Positions 28,123-43,689 of a DNA stretch of 64,000 bases are shown one piece after another. Source of the stretch: the human T2T-CHM13v2.0 reference genome, Homo sapiens; assembly GCF_009914755.1 (NCBI RefSeq), contig NC_060936.1. One strand, 5' to 3'. Each line of letters starts with the position of its first letter. Position 1 is the stretch's first letter. The notes below the pieces were generated by a model, which was given only the letters and a program-made list of their open reading frames with translations, was not told the DNA's origin and did no database searches. The position numbers and the translations under genes were made by a program.

Positions 28123-29320
28123 TAACTAGATGGATTTTTATATCAAATTTGGAGAGTATATTTGGTATGGTTTGCCTTAATATATAGACACATATTTTGC
28201 AAATATCCATATAACTGTTCATGGCAGTTGTTCATTTACTTATTAGTTTGTCTGATATTAAAACTTTCAGTCTTCTGTTATTTTTGTGTGCTTGTATGTG
28301 ATACTTATATCCCTATCTCTTTTTTTTGTTGTTATAAATAGTTTATCGTTGGATTTGACTTCTTCATACAAATCCAGCTACAGACCACTTATGGGAGAGA
28401 TGTAATGGAATTAAACCATTTGTAGTACTGATTAGTACATTTGATCTTATGATTGATATTTTATTTTTGTCTTTTCTTGTTTATTTTGCTTTCGATTTAT
28501 TTTCTTTCCTGACTTTGCTGAGCTGACCAAGACTTTATACTGCCTTTTCTTGTCACTCCAGTGGTTAAAAAAAAAAAAGTTCTTACCCGTATTTCTAATC
28601 TACTAGTAGTTATCATTGAAGTGTTTATAAAGCGAATTAAATTCATAATTTTCAGTAAACATAGCAAATTTAACAAGATTGATTATAATACTCCTGCTCC
28701 AAGAGGACCTCATTTATTATAAAATTATTTTCTCCCAGAGCTCTTCCTAGCTCTTAGATTTTGTTGAAAACATCTAGAATTTACTTCCAAACTACTGCTG
28801 ATGGTTCTTTACATTATTAGTCATATAATTCATTTACTTATATTTTTAAATAAAATTCAAAACCACATAAACAAAAATTGTTTAAACAAGTAAAAGTTTT
28901 GCTGGTTTGAGTGCTCACTCACCACTGCTGCTTATTTGCCATGCTGTGCCTTTTATTGGTTGTTTTATCTTGACTTGGCTCAATTTTTTTCAGGAAAGAT
29001 GCAAGTGTCGCAGTATTTCTGAGCCATGGCATTGTCCATAAATGACTTGATTTTACCCTCACACTTCAATGATAAAATGGCTGAACATATAAGATTTACA
29101 CTTGTTTCTCTTCAGAAATCTGTGAATACTACTTTATTACCTTCTAACTGGAGAAAGGAAACCTTTGTTTCTGCTTGTTGCCCATAGGTTAAAAGCTGCC
29201 TATGGTTATCTGAAATACAGTTCTGACAATTCTTTGAAAATTCACTGGTGCTCAAAGACAAAAACAAATAAGGTGAAAGTTTTTAAGTCTGTATATGGAG
29301 TTAAGGATTTCCTCTTTTTG

Positions 29321-30524
<1,204 letters not shown>

Positions 30525-30808
30525 AGCTCCAGAAAGAACGCCCCACTTGAATTTGCAATGTAAGTTCTGAATAATCAAACATCGATTCACCAATCGTTTA
30601 TTGTAGTTAATACATACATCTGTTATTTGGTATTCATAAATGTCTCCTACCCATCACTCTTATCTCTGAATCCTCAATCAGGAAGTACTCCTGTCCCTAA
30701 AATTCGACATAGTTTTCAACCCAAGTTCTACATATGATCTTCCAATATGCCCTTAGATTGTGATTTCCACATTAGATTGTGACTAAAATATGTTTCTCTT
30801 TACTAAAG

Positions 30809-30816
30809 ATGCAAAT
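30809..30816. promoter_or_regulatory. Octamer ATGCAAAT 285 bp upstream of the pseudogene ATG
   Basis: Exact motif, same orientation as at the other two loci. Confidence 0.4.
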
Positions 30817-31619
30817 TGAAGACAAGTAGTTTTCTAAATTTTGCATGCCCCATCTCCAAATGATGTAGATGTCTCAAGATGATTTACTGAGTCTTTAGCA
30901 GTAGTCTAATACAAAGACTATGCATCGAACTTCTAATGTTAGAAATATAAATGAATAAACTGAATAATTTTTATCACCATCAGTAAGGAATATGCAACAG
31001 ACTAAGAGTCCTTTGGAAATGATTTATGAATTGGAGCAGTGTAATATTTATTATGTAGTGAGTTATGCAGATAAATATTTTTCAATGTTTACCTGGGTTC
31101 AAGAAAAAAGACATCAATTTTTAAATATAGACTGAACCCCTGCCATACCATGTGCTGTATTAGGCACAGTTTAAAGTCTCATATAAAGAGGATCATATCC
31201 GATAATAGCTGTAGGCAAACTTAGGTGGCAAAAGATGTCTTCTATGCCCTGTACATGTTGCATAACAAAAGAGAAGGAGATAGGAACCGTCTTCTCTCAA
31301 TAAGAGAAGTATTCTATCACTGACTTGCAAATCTGTCATAATAATAAAAAGTAGACTAACTTTTCATTGATTGCATTACAGTTTTAAGTCCTTTATAAGC
31401 AATATGCTTCTTTATCATTTGTGCTTGAGACAAACAGCTTTTATCTCTATTCACCCTAATATCTGATGCCCCATTTACCTTATACCTGCCATATTATTAA
31501 AATTTTGTTTCTACCTTTCATTCTACATTAAGGCCACAGCAGTATATAGAGTAGTCATTAGGATTGTTGCTGTAAGATAATTGCATGATCTAAGCTAATT
31601 TCAGATACATTACATCTCT

Positions 31620-31790
31620 CACAGTAATAAAAATACAAACAAGAGTTGACGTTTATTGAACTCTGTGAGCAAAACACTGTTCAATCACTCTACATGTCTT
31701 ATTTCATTTAATCCTCACAATAGTCCTAGTAATAGGTATCATCATTGTCTCCATCTTACACATAAGGGAACTGAGATACAGAGTTTCAGG
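31620..31790 (-). mobile_element. MIR
   Basis: 'atttaatcctcacaa..ccatcttacacataagggaactgag'. Confidence 0.7.
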
Positions 31791-31979
31791 AAATGGATAT
31801 ATATGCATGGAATTCCAGGAAATCTTTAAAGGTATCTCTTAAAATTACCATAATGATAAAACAAATATGTAATAGTATATTAACTTTGGAAATTAAACAT
31901 AACAGTTAATCATATAATGGGAAAGGAAATAATTTTTGCCAACCAAGCCAATCCAACAAGATCAAGAAAACTAGTGTTA

Positions 31980-32131
31980 CTAAGTGCAGTTGCTCATGCC
32001 TGTGATCCCAGTGCTTTGGGAGGCCAAGGCAGGAGGACTGCTTGGAGCCAGGAGTCCAAGACCAGCCTGGCCAACACAGTGAGAACCCATCTATAACAAA
32101 TTTTAAAAATTAGCCAGACATGGTGGCATGC
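31980..32131 (+). mobile_element. Alu left monomer (FLAM/AluJ fragment)
   Basis: Left-arm consensus ending 'ttagccagacatggtggcatgc'. Confidence 0.85.
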
Positions 32132-32421
32132 TGTATTCATCCACTCTCACACTGCTATAAAGAAATTCCTGAGACTGAATAATTTATAAAGAAAAGAGGT
32201 TAAATTGCCTTATGGTTCCTCAGACTGTACAGGAAGCATGGCTGGGGAGGCCTCAGGAAACTTACAGTCATGGCAGAAGGCAAAGGGGCAGCAGGCACAT
32301 CTTACATATCCAGAGCAGGAGGAAGAGAAAGAAGGGGAAGATGCCACACACTTTTAAACAACCAGATCTCATGAGAACTCTATCACAAGAACAGCACCAA
32401 AAGGAGAAATCTGCCCCCATC
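32132..32421 (-). mobile_element. THE1/MSTA-like LTR fragment
   Basis: 'cacactgctataaagaaa', 'ggcctcaggaaacttacagtcatggcagaagg', 'ccagatctcatgagaactc'. Confidence 0.85.
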
Positions 32422-32424
32422 ATC

Positions 32425-32810
32425 ACTGCCATCACCAGCTGGGATAGTGGCGGCCCAAGCCACCATCATGTCTCACCTAGATTATTGTAGAAGCTTCCCT
32501 ACTGGCCTCCTGCTGCTGAGCTAGCCCCTACAGAGTGGTCCCATTCATATGCAGGTCATATCATGTCAGCACCCTGCCCAAAACCCTCCAAGTGGTTCCT
32601 TGTATCACTCAGAGTGAAATCCAAAGCTCTCATTGCTGTTTGCAAGATCCAGCATGATCTGTCCACCACCCTCTACCTCAGCCCCCATCTGACCTCCTCA
32701 CCAAGCACTCTCCCCTTCACCCACCCCTCCCCTGCCCCACTGCACTCCATGCTGTTTCCCAAGCATTCAGGGCCCCTCCAGCCTCAGGGCCTTGGAGGGA
32801 TCTTCCCTCT
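32425..32810 (+). mobile_element. L2 fragment
   Basis: 'ccaagccaccatcatgtctcacctagattattg', 'cactcagagtgaaatccaaagctctc'. Confidence 0.7.
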
Positions 32811-33201
32811 GACTGAAATCCATATAGTCCCAATCTCAGTGACTCTCCAAACCCAAGGTCTGGAGAGCTGGATTCAGAAACAAGATAGCAGTATACAAAA
32901 CTAAGAAGGCTGTCATAGCAGATTGTTTTTGGCTGAGTCTGCAGAGAGACCAGCTGGTGTGAAGCTCTGTGAGGACTGCAGAGAACAAAAATCAATAGGT
33001 AATCGCTTCTTGTAGCAATTCAGAATAACAAGTTGTGGGTCAGGAGTGCCACCTACTGACAATATTTTTAAGTTGCAGAAAAGGATTTTAGGAAAATTAA
33101 ACTTTCCAAGGATGAATCTATAAAGCTAAATAAGTGACAAGATAAACTACCTCAAGTATTAAGAAGCCATAAGACAATTTCTCGTTTAAAACTATAATTG
33201 G

Positions 33202-33540
33202 AGCCAGGTACGGTGGCTCATGCCTGTAATCCCAGCACTTTGGGAGGCCGAAGCAGGAGGAGCACTTGAGGCCAGGAGTTCAAGACCAGCCTGGCCAACA
33301 TGGAGAAACCCCATCTCTACAAAAAATACAAAAATTAGCTGGGTGTGCTGACACATGCCTGTAATCCCAGCTACTCAGGAGGCTGAGTCACAAAAATCTC
33401 TTGAATCCAGGAGGCATAGGTTGCATTGAGCTGAGGTTGCACCACTGAGCTCCAGCCTGGGTGACAGAGCAAGACTCTGTCTCAAAAAAATGAAAAACAA
33501 AAACAAAACAGACAAAAAAAGCAACAACAACAACAACAAA
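33202..33540 (+). mobile_element. AluS/J with (AAC)n tail
   Basis: Full Alu consensus. Confidence 0.92.
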
Positions 33541-34860
33541 CCCTATAATTTAGAAGCAACCTCTGATACAGTTTTTCTTAAACTCCAGCAAATATATTTA
33601 TAAAGCCACAATAAAAGCACAAATCACAAGCATCTTGAACATCAACAATAGCTTGGACATATTGAAAAAAGATCTAGGAGTGAGTTTCATTGATTATGAG
33701 GAAAATTGGTTTTAAAATGTAATTTATTATAAACCTAGTTTTATCTCATTAAATAAACACTATTTGAAAAGCGGCAGAGCCATATTATTAATTCAGGCTG
33801 TTTTTAAACAAATATTTACTGAGCAAAGTGTTGGGATCTGTTACAGTTGCTGGTGGCCTCACAAGACACAAGTCAGACCAGGTCCCTGTGAAGGTGAAGT
33901 TTCTATCCTCCTTGATGAATGCATAAAATAAACAACCAAAGAAATAAAGTAAAAGTAAACTTTCAGATATGTATAAGGGCTTTGAAGGAAACAAAGCAGA
34001 ATGCCTGGACGTACTAATTCTAAAGGCCAGAGGACTTTTTGTTTAGGGCAGTTGGAAAAAGCCTATTTGAAGAGAGAATGTATCAATTAACAGTTACAGC
34101 ATAACAAACCACATCAAAACTCAGTGGCTTAAAACAACAAGCATGTATGACCGTTCTCACAGTTGATTCTGTGGGCTGGCTGGGCCCTTCCCCTCTAGGC
34201 CGGCTCAGTTGGGACTGTATGACCTTGAGTAGCCCCACTCACAGCTCTGAGGCCCAGCCAGGATAGCTGGAGATCCGTGGGCTCTCTCCATAAATGACAG
34301 CAGAAGAGTTCCCAGCAGCAAGACTGGAGGATGGGCTTATGGTAAGGGGAGATGAGTGGGAAGTCACAGACATTAATGGTGAATAATTTACACTTTTCAT
34401 CTTTACATGATTAAAAAAATCAGTTAAACTACTGAACACATGGAACATGGATTTACTTATTTGATCAGTGTGTTAGTTTTTTTATTGCTGCTGAAACAAC
34501 TTACTACATATTTACTGTCTTAAAACAATACAAATTTACTGGAAAGACGTCCTGTGTTCATGGGCTGGAAGATTTAATATTGTTAAAATGTCAGTACTAC
34601 TTAAAGCAATCTAAAAATTCAAAATCCCACAACGTTTTTGCAGAAATAGAAAAATCTCAACTAAAATTTATATGGACATTCAAGGTACACAAAATAATCA
34701 AAGTAGGCAAAATAATCTTCATAAAGAACAAAGACACTCTCCAAGAAGATATACAAATGTCCAATAAACACATAAAAAGATGCTCAACATCACTAGTCAT
34801 TAAGGAAATGCAACTCCACGGTAAGATACCACTTCATACCCATTAGGATGGCTTTATCAA

Positions 34861-35005
34861 AAGAAAGAAAAAAAGAAAAGAAAAAGAAGAGAAGGGAAGA
34901 GAAAAGAAAAGAAAAAAGAGAGAAAAGAAGGAAGGAAAGGAAGGAAGGAAGGAAGGAAAGAAGGAAAGAAGGGAGGGAGGGAGGGTGGAGGGAGGGAGAG
35001 AGGGG
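34861..35005. repeat. GA-rich / (GGAA)n low-complexity tract
   Basis: Directly visible. Confidence 0.9.
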
Positions 35006-35012
35006 AAATAAG

Positions 35013-35530
35013 TGAGAGTGGCAGGAGGCAGCCAAATGCCTAGGCAGATAGGAGTGGGTACCCAGTGAAACCCCACCTCCAAGCAGAAGACAGTTTAAAG
35101 CCTGAAAGCCAAGCTACAAGCTGAATTTCAGATGGGATTGATAACTTGTCTTCCTGTTTGGTTCACTTTCCTCTGATTGATCCTCACCTTTCACCTGTTT
35201 TACATACACCTACCCTTTCCTAATTGGTTTTCTACACTGTTGTGCCCACTTATGAGTGGTGTCCTTGCTTTAACCATTTTGGCATACTCACAAACCAATC
35301 AGCGTGCACTCCCCATTCTGAATCCATAAAAAGCCCTGGACCCAGCCACGTGGGGGACTTCCCACCATCGGGTAGGGGAACCCCCACCCCAGCATCCCCT
35401 CTTTGCTGAGAGCTTTCCTTTTGCTTAATAATTTCTACTTCACTCACTCTCCAGTGTCTGTGTGCCTACTTCCTGGTTGTGAGACAAGAACTTGGACCTA
35501 GCTAAGCTAAGGAGCAGAAAAACTGCAACA
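35013..35530 (+). mobile_element. ERV1-class solo LTR (MER61-like, tentative)
   Basis: TG...CA termini, CCAAT box 'accaatcag' about 35294, TATA-like 'cataaaa' about 35325; flanks taag/gaag as a near TSD. Confidence 0.75.
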
Positions 35531-35541
35531 GAAGGAAAGAG

Positions 35542-35597
35542 GGAAGGAAGGAAGGAAGGAAGGAAGGAAGGAAGGAAGGAAGGAAGGAAGGAAGGAA
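35542..35597 (+). repeat. (GGAA)14 perfect microsatellite
   Basis: Counted 14 uninterrupted units. Confidence 0.95.
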
Positions 35598-36923
35598 AGA
35601 AGGAAGGAAGGAGTATTGGCAAGCATGGAGACAAATTGGAACCTTTGTACATTGTTTGTGGGAATGTAAACAGCAAATGGTGCAGCTGTTGTGGAAAATG
35701 GTGTGATGGGTTCTCCAAAACTGAAACACAGAATTCCCATACAATCTAGTAATTCTACTTCTAGATATATACTCAAAAGAAATGAAAACAAGGACTTAGA
35801 TATTTGCACACCCATGTTCATAGCAGCATTATTCACAATACCAAAAGGCAGAAACAACCCAAGTGTCCATTGACAAATGAATATATACACAAAATGTGGT
35901 ATAAACATGGAATGGAATATACCCAGTCTTAAAAAGGAAGAACATTCTGACACATGCTACAACACAGATGGACCTTGAGGACATTACACTAAGAGAAATA
36001 AGCCAGGCACAAATATGATGCCACTTATATGAGGCACTTACAATAGTCAAATTTGTAGAGACAGAAAGTAGAATGGTGGTTGCCAGGGGATATAAAAGGA
36101 GGAAATATCATATCATAATATCATATAGAATTCTGGATTACATAAGTTCATCTCTTTGGGATATAACTAGGCAGAATCACTGATTCCATTTGCTAATTGC
36201 TAAGTAGTTTACCTCCAAGTGTTGCAATGATTTCCAAACATCCAAACATTGCTACTGGTTGAATCACTGAGGAACTTGCTAAAAATACAGATTATAGGGT
36301 CTAAACTATGATCTCATAAATCAGAATCTCTACAGTTAGGGCTTAAGAATTTTATTTTGTTTAAGATACCCCCAATCTTTATTCTGATGTAGCTGGTCCA
36401 GTAAGATTGACATTTCTTAATCAACACATTAGGCATCCCAGTAACAAAATACAACAATAACTTTGTGCATTAAGTTGGAAACCATGACAAAATTTTCATT
36501 TTAATATGATGGTTTTTCAGAATGAATGATTTCAGGATCTTTGCCAAAGTCTCATGCTTCTGTTTCCAAAAAGCCCCAGCAAATGTTTACCTCAACCCAT
36601 TAAGTAGGCTAAGTGCCAATTAATAAATAGAGATGAAAGTGGCATGTGAAAAACCAAAACTTTATGGATAGGCACTGAGAATCTTCCTCTGTGGAGGACA
36701 AAGAAGATATTATTCTTCTAGGTCATTATAAACAGGCTAGATGGCCCTTAACCATATAAAAAGACATTTGAATTCACTTATAAGAGAAAAGCAAATTAAA
36801 ACTGTGCCTCATTTGTCACGTTGGCAAAAAGTTCTAAAAGCTTGTCAACCTATTTTGTTAGTGAAATAAGAAATAAAAACATTCATTGCTGGTGTTTGCA
36901 AATCAGTATAATGCTTTTAGAGA

Positions 36924-37403
36924 TGTTAAAAAACAAAATTTCAACAAACTGATTTCAAAGATTTAATTGGCTTTTATTATCAATTATGAATTGGGCTGCA
37001 TTCCATCTATAAAACAGAAAAATGCTCCATGGGCATAGCAGAACGATTAATATGTGTAAGGGAGTTTGAGCAGAAACAAGGAAATAGCATAATACAACAA
37101 AGTGGATTGGTTAACTTAGGGTTACTTTCCTTGAAAGGGTTAAAACAAGGGGTACTTTCATATCATGCCAGCCTAGGTTTACTGGGACCTTTTTAACTGG
37201 TTACTGTGAATCTCCTGTTTTTTGTTTTTTTGGGGATTTTTTTTTTTTGGAAAATTTGGCCTGATGGGAGATTTTCCTGTTTTTTAAAGTTTCAGTTTGA
37301 CTACATGGCTCTTGTCAAGAGTGACTCCATTTTGGTTTGTCCTGTTGGGGGCTAGTGCAGGAATTCAACCCAAAACAATGACCTACCATACATTTTATTT
37401 AAC
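36924..37403 (-). mobile_element. LTR-like insertion (ERV1/MER4 group, tentative) nested in an old L1M
   Basis: 'tgttaaa...tttaaca' termini and 'gactccattttggtttg'; L1M sequence continues on both sides. Confidence 0.55.
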
Positions 37404-37827
37404 AGAAGGAAAATGAGTAATATTTAACAAAACTGCATGTGTGTTTATTTTTGATCCAGCATTTCTTCATCTAGGAATTTATTCTAAACATGTACCACTA
37501 ACAAAGAAATAAGCATGGACAAACTTACTCATTACAGCATTGTTTGTACTCACAAAATATTGGAAACAACCTAATTGCCCATACATAGGAGAGTGGTTAA
37601 ATTAACTATGGTATGTCTACGTAAGGAAGTACTAAGCAGCTATAAAAAAGAATGAGGATGATCTCTATGAACTGATGTGGAACGTTCTCTAGGGTACATT
37701 GTAAAGTAGAAAAAGCAAAGGGGAAATGCATATACGCCACCATTTTTGTAAAAAAAAAAAAAAAGAAGGGACATAAGAATATATCCATAAATATGCTTAT
37801 TTTTGCATAAAGAAATACATGAGAGCT

Positions 37828-38133
37828 GGTCAGGCATGGTAGCTCACTCCTGTAATTCCAGCACTTTGGGAGGCCAAGGCTGGCAGATCACAAGGTCAGG
37901 AGATCTAGATCAGCCTGGCCAATATGGTAAAACCCCATCTCTACTAAAAATACAAAAATTAGCCAGGTGTGATGCTGTGTGCCTGTAGTCCCAGCTACTC
38001 AGGAGTCTGAGGCAGAAGAATCACTTCAACCCAGGAAGCAGAGGTTGCAGTGAGCCAAGAGTATACCACCACATTCCAGCCTGGGCAACAGAGTAAGATT
38101 CTGTCAAAAAAAGAAAAAAGGAAAAGAAAGGAA
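37828..38133 (+). mobile_element. AluS with 19-bp TSD
   Basis: TSD AAAGAAATACA(T/G)GAGAGCT at 37809-37827 and 38134-38152. Confidence 0.95.
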
Positions 38134-39229
38134 AAAGAAATACAGGAGAGCTAAAATAGATATTAATAAGATTGGTTACCTACAGGAAGTGGGTGGGAAT
38201 GGAATTTAAGGGATTGAGGATTGGGAGAGTACACGATTTTACATAGTTTTGATTTGGGGGTACCATGTTAATGTTTCATGTACTCAAAAGTGCCTAAAAT
38301 CAACAAGGATGGTAACATGAAATAAAGTAGAATTTTAAAACAAAAAAAAAACAAATAAACTTAAATATTGCAAATGAATAGCATAACCAAACTGAAAGAA
38401 AAAAGTAACTGACTTATCTTGCAACATAGTACTTGGACTATACTCCCCAAGTCTAAAGACAAAAAAAAAATACTAAATAAATATTAAGCTCTAGTTAATG
38501 TTATCCCCTACCCTCCAGTGATATGGATTAGCAATTCTAAAACTACTTTTTGATATTCTAAGGTGGGACAAATGTATACAGTCAGCCATGCATTTCTGTG
38601 GGTTTGTTTTTCTTTTTTAACCTTCACCAGTTTATTATAAAGGATATTACTAAGGATACAGTTGAAGAGATGCATTAATGGGGGAAGGAGCCTGAAGCTT
38701 CCACGCCCTCCCTGTGCATACTGCCCTCCTGGCAGCTCTCCAAGCCTGTCTTCTTGTGTTTTTGTGGAGGTTACATAGGCATGATTGATTAAACCATTGG
38801 CCATTGGTGATCAACTTGACCTTCAGCCCTTCTCCCCTCCCTGGAGGTTGGGGGATGGGGCTGAAGGTCTCAACCCTCTAATATTGTCTTTGGTCATTCT
38901 GGTGACCAGCCTCACTCTGAAGTTATCAGTCAATATAAGTATAAAAAAAAGCAAGCACTTTGGAGAGTACAAGGATTTTAGGAGTTGTATGTTAGGAAAC
39001 TGGGGAGGAAGACCAAATGCATATTTCACAGTATCACATCCTCACATCTGCCAAACCTAATTGAACATCTGAGGATTTTGGTATCCACAGGGGTCATGGA
39101 ACCAATCCACTGTGGACACTGAGGGATGACTGTAAATATATTAAGCATAATGGAAGCCAAGTTTCTTGAAGGGAACTGTAAATGTAGAAAGGGCAAGAGT
39201 AGCATGTGGTCTTGAATTGGAATTGAAGA

Positions 39230-39573
39230 ATATTAGTCTGTTCTCACACTGCTATAAAGAACTGCCCAAGACTGGGTAAACTATAAAGGAGAGAGGTTTA
39301 ATTGACGCACAGTTCTGCAGGACTGGGAGACCTCAGAAAACTTACAATCGTGGTGGGAGGGGAAGCAAACACTTCCTTCTTCACATGGATCTCATGAGAA
39401 CTTCAGATCTCATGAGAACTTACTCACTATCACAAGATTTGCATGGGGGGAACTGCCCCCATGAGTCAATTACTTCCCATCAGTTCCCTCCCAAGACTTA
39501 TGAGGATTATGGGAACTAAAATTCAAGATGAGATTTGGGTGGGTTTGGCTCAAGATGAGCCAGACCATATCAT
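39230..39573 (-). mobile_element. THE1/MST LTR
   Basis: 'tattagtctgttctcacactgctataaagaactgcccaagactggg'...'caagatgagatttgggtggg'. Confidence 0.85.
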
Positions 39574-39611
39574 GAAGTTATCAGTATGAATTCAGTTTTT
39601 AATAGAGAAGG

Positions 39612-39642
<31 letters not shown>

Positions 39643-41885
39643 TATTTTATGTGTTTCCTAGCTCTGTCTGCCTAAAAGAAAGAATATCACAGTTAATAAT
39701 GAGCACCTTTACCTCCCAGATACTGTTTTCGAAATAGCATTCTGCACTCTAAATAGATCCCAAAGGATCTAGGGATCCCTGGAAAAATAGCTGATTTCAG
39801 GCCTATGGCAGTAAAAGCACAAGCTAATTCTTGATTCTTTTTTGGGATGCAAAATAAGGATATACTATAAAAAAAAAAAAAAAAAGACTCAGGAGCCAGC
39901 TTGAAGCTCTCCCATTGGCCAAATGCAGGATAATTTGAACATTAATAGTATGAATATGTCATAATACCAATGAACTATAGAATTCCATAATTACATAGAA
40001 TTCTAATAATTATAGAATTAATTTTCTCCAAATAAAATATGAAGCTAAAAATGCAAACTGGAATAAATGATTAAAGGAAATCTACTTTATAAAGCCAATT
40101 ATTGAATGTTGAAGAAATGATACAGTTAAAAAATAACTGTTTCTTACAACTATCATAGTAATTAATAATTTGCTTAAACAAGAATCATCAATGGATGCTA
40201 AAATTAATAGGTGAAATTTTAATGCTAAGCAGAGTATTTGCATAGTCTCAAAGTTTTTCCCTACAAATTACTTTTAATTATAAACACGGAAATAGTAATT
40301 TTAAAGCAGAGAAACCTGACAAACTCCACATTAACCAAGAGATCAAAGCTAACATCACCAATATTGAGACAAACCAGTATCATCTACCTTCTGATACTGA
40401 TTCACTGAAAAAGAAACAGTATCACTCTTGTGGTGTTTTTCAAAAAAAAGAAAAGAAAAGAAAAGAAAAACCTAAATCTAATCATGTGGAAATCTCAGGG
40501 ATACACAAAATCAGGAGATGCTCTAAATAACAACTGGCATATCCTTCAAAAATGTCAAGGTTATGAAAGAGACAGGACGGCTGAGAAACTGATCCAGATT
40601 AAAGAAAACCACAGAAGCATGACAAATAAATGCATGGCATGACTCCAGATTGGATCCTGGACCAGGAAAAATAATTTGTCTATAAAGGGCATTATCAGGA
40701 CAATTAACTAAATTTACATTTGACTGTGGATTAGATAATGAGTGGGTCCTGTGTTAAACCTAAACCTATTGCTTTTGATCATGGCATGTGACGATATAAG
40801 AGAATGTCTTTGTTCCAAAATATACACATCCAAGTATTTAGGAGTAAAGGAGCATCGTGTTGCAACTTACTCCCAAATGCTTTGAAAAATATATATGTGT
40901 ATATGTGTGTGTGTGTGTGTGTGAGCGGGAGAGAGAACACAAATGAGATGGCAAATGGGGCAAACTTAACAATTAGTGAACCTGGGTACAGGCTAAGAGT
41001 AGTTATTCTTACTATTGTTGTAACTTTTCTGTACTTCTGAAATTATATCGGGACTAAAAAATTACCAAAAAGTTGTTTAAACATGACTGAACTAAATGTT
41101 TGCTATAATACTTCCTCAGTCTAAAATCCATATGGCTAGGATTCTGATTTTCACCTCCTTTTCCTAAAAGGAGTCAATGCAAGTATAACCAGACAGTGCG
41201 AGTATAACTGACAAAATATACTCCGAAGACAACAGAAGTCTCTCTATTCCTATTTTCTATTTTTTGAATTCAATGCGCTACAGATTTTGTGATTGCAGGC
41301 TTCAGTTTTCTCACTATATAATCCTAAATAACAGTGGAGGTACAATGTCACAACATAGCTCCTGCCTCTGGTATAATCAGCTATAGAAGAGAAACTAAGA
41401 GAAACTGCTGGCACTAAGAACCATAGTTTGAAAAACTGGCTTCAGTTTCAACAACCGTAATTTTTAAGCCTTTATGTGTTTATTTAACTCTCCCGTGCAC
41501 TGAAAATTCCAGGTTTGGTATTAGACAAAATATCTCTGAATTTCCTCCATCATCCTGACCCTATAGACCAAATAGTTTAATACCAATGAAATATAAAATG
41601 TACATGTAGAAATGAACTAGAAATTTTTTATTGGAATAACTAATGTTTTAATTTATATAAAATGACCCAGAGAAGACTCTCATGGCCCAGGGTAAGAGTA
41701 TTGTTTGATTTTTTTTAATTTCTAGTCAAATGTTTCCACTTAGCACAGTAATCTTCATCCTCAACTCTCATGGTAGAATAATAACAACAACAATAATAAT
41801 AAATAGCATTGCCAGGCACTGTTCTAAGTGATTTACAATACTGATTAATTTAAGTCATTAAATTATTTTATGGGTAATGTAATTA

Positions 41886-42204
<319 letters not shown>

Positions 42205-42493
42205 GTATTATAACACTCCTTATTTTATAGAAAAGAAAAACCAAAGCACACAAATGGTTAGGTAAGCTGCCCAAGGTCACAAAGCTAGTAAGGTTGGGTC
42301 TGGGATTCAAACACAGACCCTCTCGCTCCAGAATCTGGGTTCCTAATACTTGTAAAATGCCACATTTCAGGCATCAGCAAGACCTTTTGCATATTACTTT
42401 CTTTTTTATCTTCCACAGAAACCCCAATGCTTGACTAAGAGGCTGATATTTGCAGCTGAGTATATTGAATTCTTTCCTCCTACCTGGGGAACA

Positions 42494-42509
42494 GGCGCCC
42501 TCTGTGTCC
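42494..42509 (-). promoter_or_regulatory. Candidate CTCF site
   Basis: Reverse strand GGACACAGAGGGCGCC resembles the CTCF core CCAGCAGAGGGCGC. Confidence 0.35.
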
Positions 42510-43689
42510 TAAATGCCACATTCCCATTGTGCTTTGTGTCAGATCTAATAGACCAATCCCTGCACAATCAGGCAAGCCAGAGTCAGTGAACTGGATTTCT
42601 ACTCTGTGCCTCCAGATCTTGATGTCTGCTGGCACTTTGCTTTGTTCACTCCTTTGGGAAAAGAATAAAAGGGTAGGGCAGGATGTTGAATACCATGGAA
42701 AGCAGTGGGTGGTGCCTGGAAGTGAGAACAGCTTCTTTACTACCTATTTCTCTGAACCTTAGCTTCTTCCCTTACGATAAATAAATGCATTTAGTACTTA
42801 ACAGCTTACTAGTGGCTTTTATGGGCAGTTTTCTTAAAATGGAGCATAAAATTCTTAGGTCACAAAATTACATATTAAGAAACATAGATTATGTAAAAAT
42901 GATTGTAAACTTTTAAACTATGTACAAATATTAGTTATATTAACAGTCATTAACACCCAGGTCCAAGACCAGGAATTAAGTAATAATTATTTCTATCTTC
43001 TGTGAGATCATTGGAGCAGAAGTGGTTACAAATTGATACCTTGCATTTAAAGATTAAGAACCTATCAGATAAAACAAAACATCCTATTGGACTCCTTACT
43101 TTCCCATCATCAAAAGCCAGAAGACTAGTACAGACAGACTGCTAATCACTATTTGGGCTCATAAGTAAAACATAAAGAGTAACATGAAATAATCCTGTGT
43201 TTTTTTTTTACTCTATTAAAATGACAGCAAATTCTTAGGCAAACTCTACAGTTTCCATTCGTTGAAATTAGAAGAACCTGCTTGGAAGTAATGCAAAACT
43301 TGGGTTTCTAAGTGAAGAAGCACATATGAGCCAAAAAGCTAAGGGGACATTTAGAACTTGGTAAGAAATCTCTGTGGCTCTAGTGAGAGACCTTCATGGC
43401 CTTACTACAAGGCCACTGAAGCTTTAGTGTGAGAACCTTTATGATCTTTACAAGGAAGGTTTCTAAGGTCCTGGTGTGAGGTCCTCTGTTACTGATGTGA
43501 GACCACTGTGGCTGGCATTACCTTGACTCACTGAAACTTAGCTTTGGATTTCAAAGCTCTTGGAAAAGGTATATAATGTTAGAGAACTAGCACTTCAGTC
43601 CCATTAAAACCCACAACAAGAGTACCATTTCAGATGGATGAAATGATTTTTACCTCCTGTAATATTTCTCAGGGAAGACCACAAGCCAA

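Larger units (their letters stand above)
34540..36090 (+). mobile_element. Old L1M 3' region split by GA-rich repeats and a solo LTR
   Basis: ORF2-end phrases 'EDIQMSNKHIKRCSTSLVIKEMQ' before and 'CTPMFIAALFTI' after the insertion. Confidence 0.8.
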
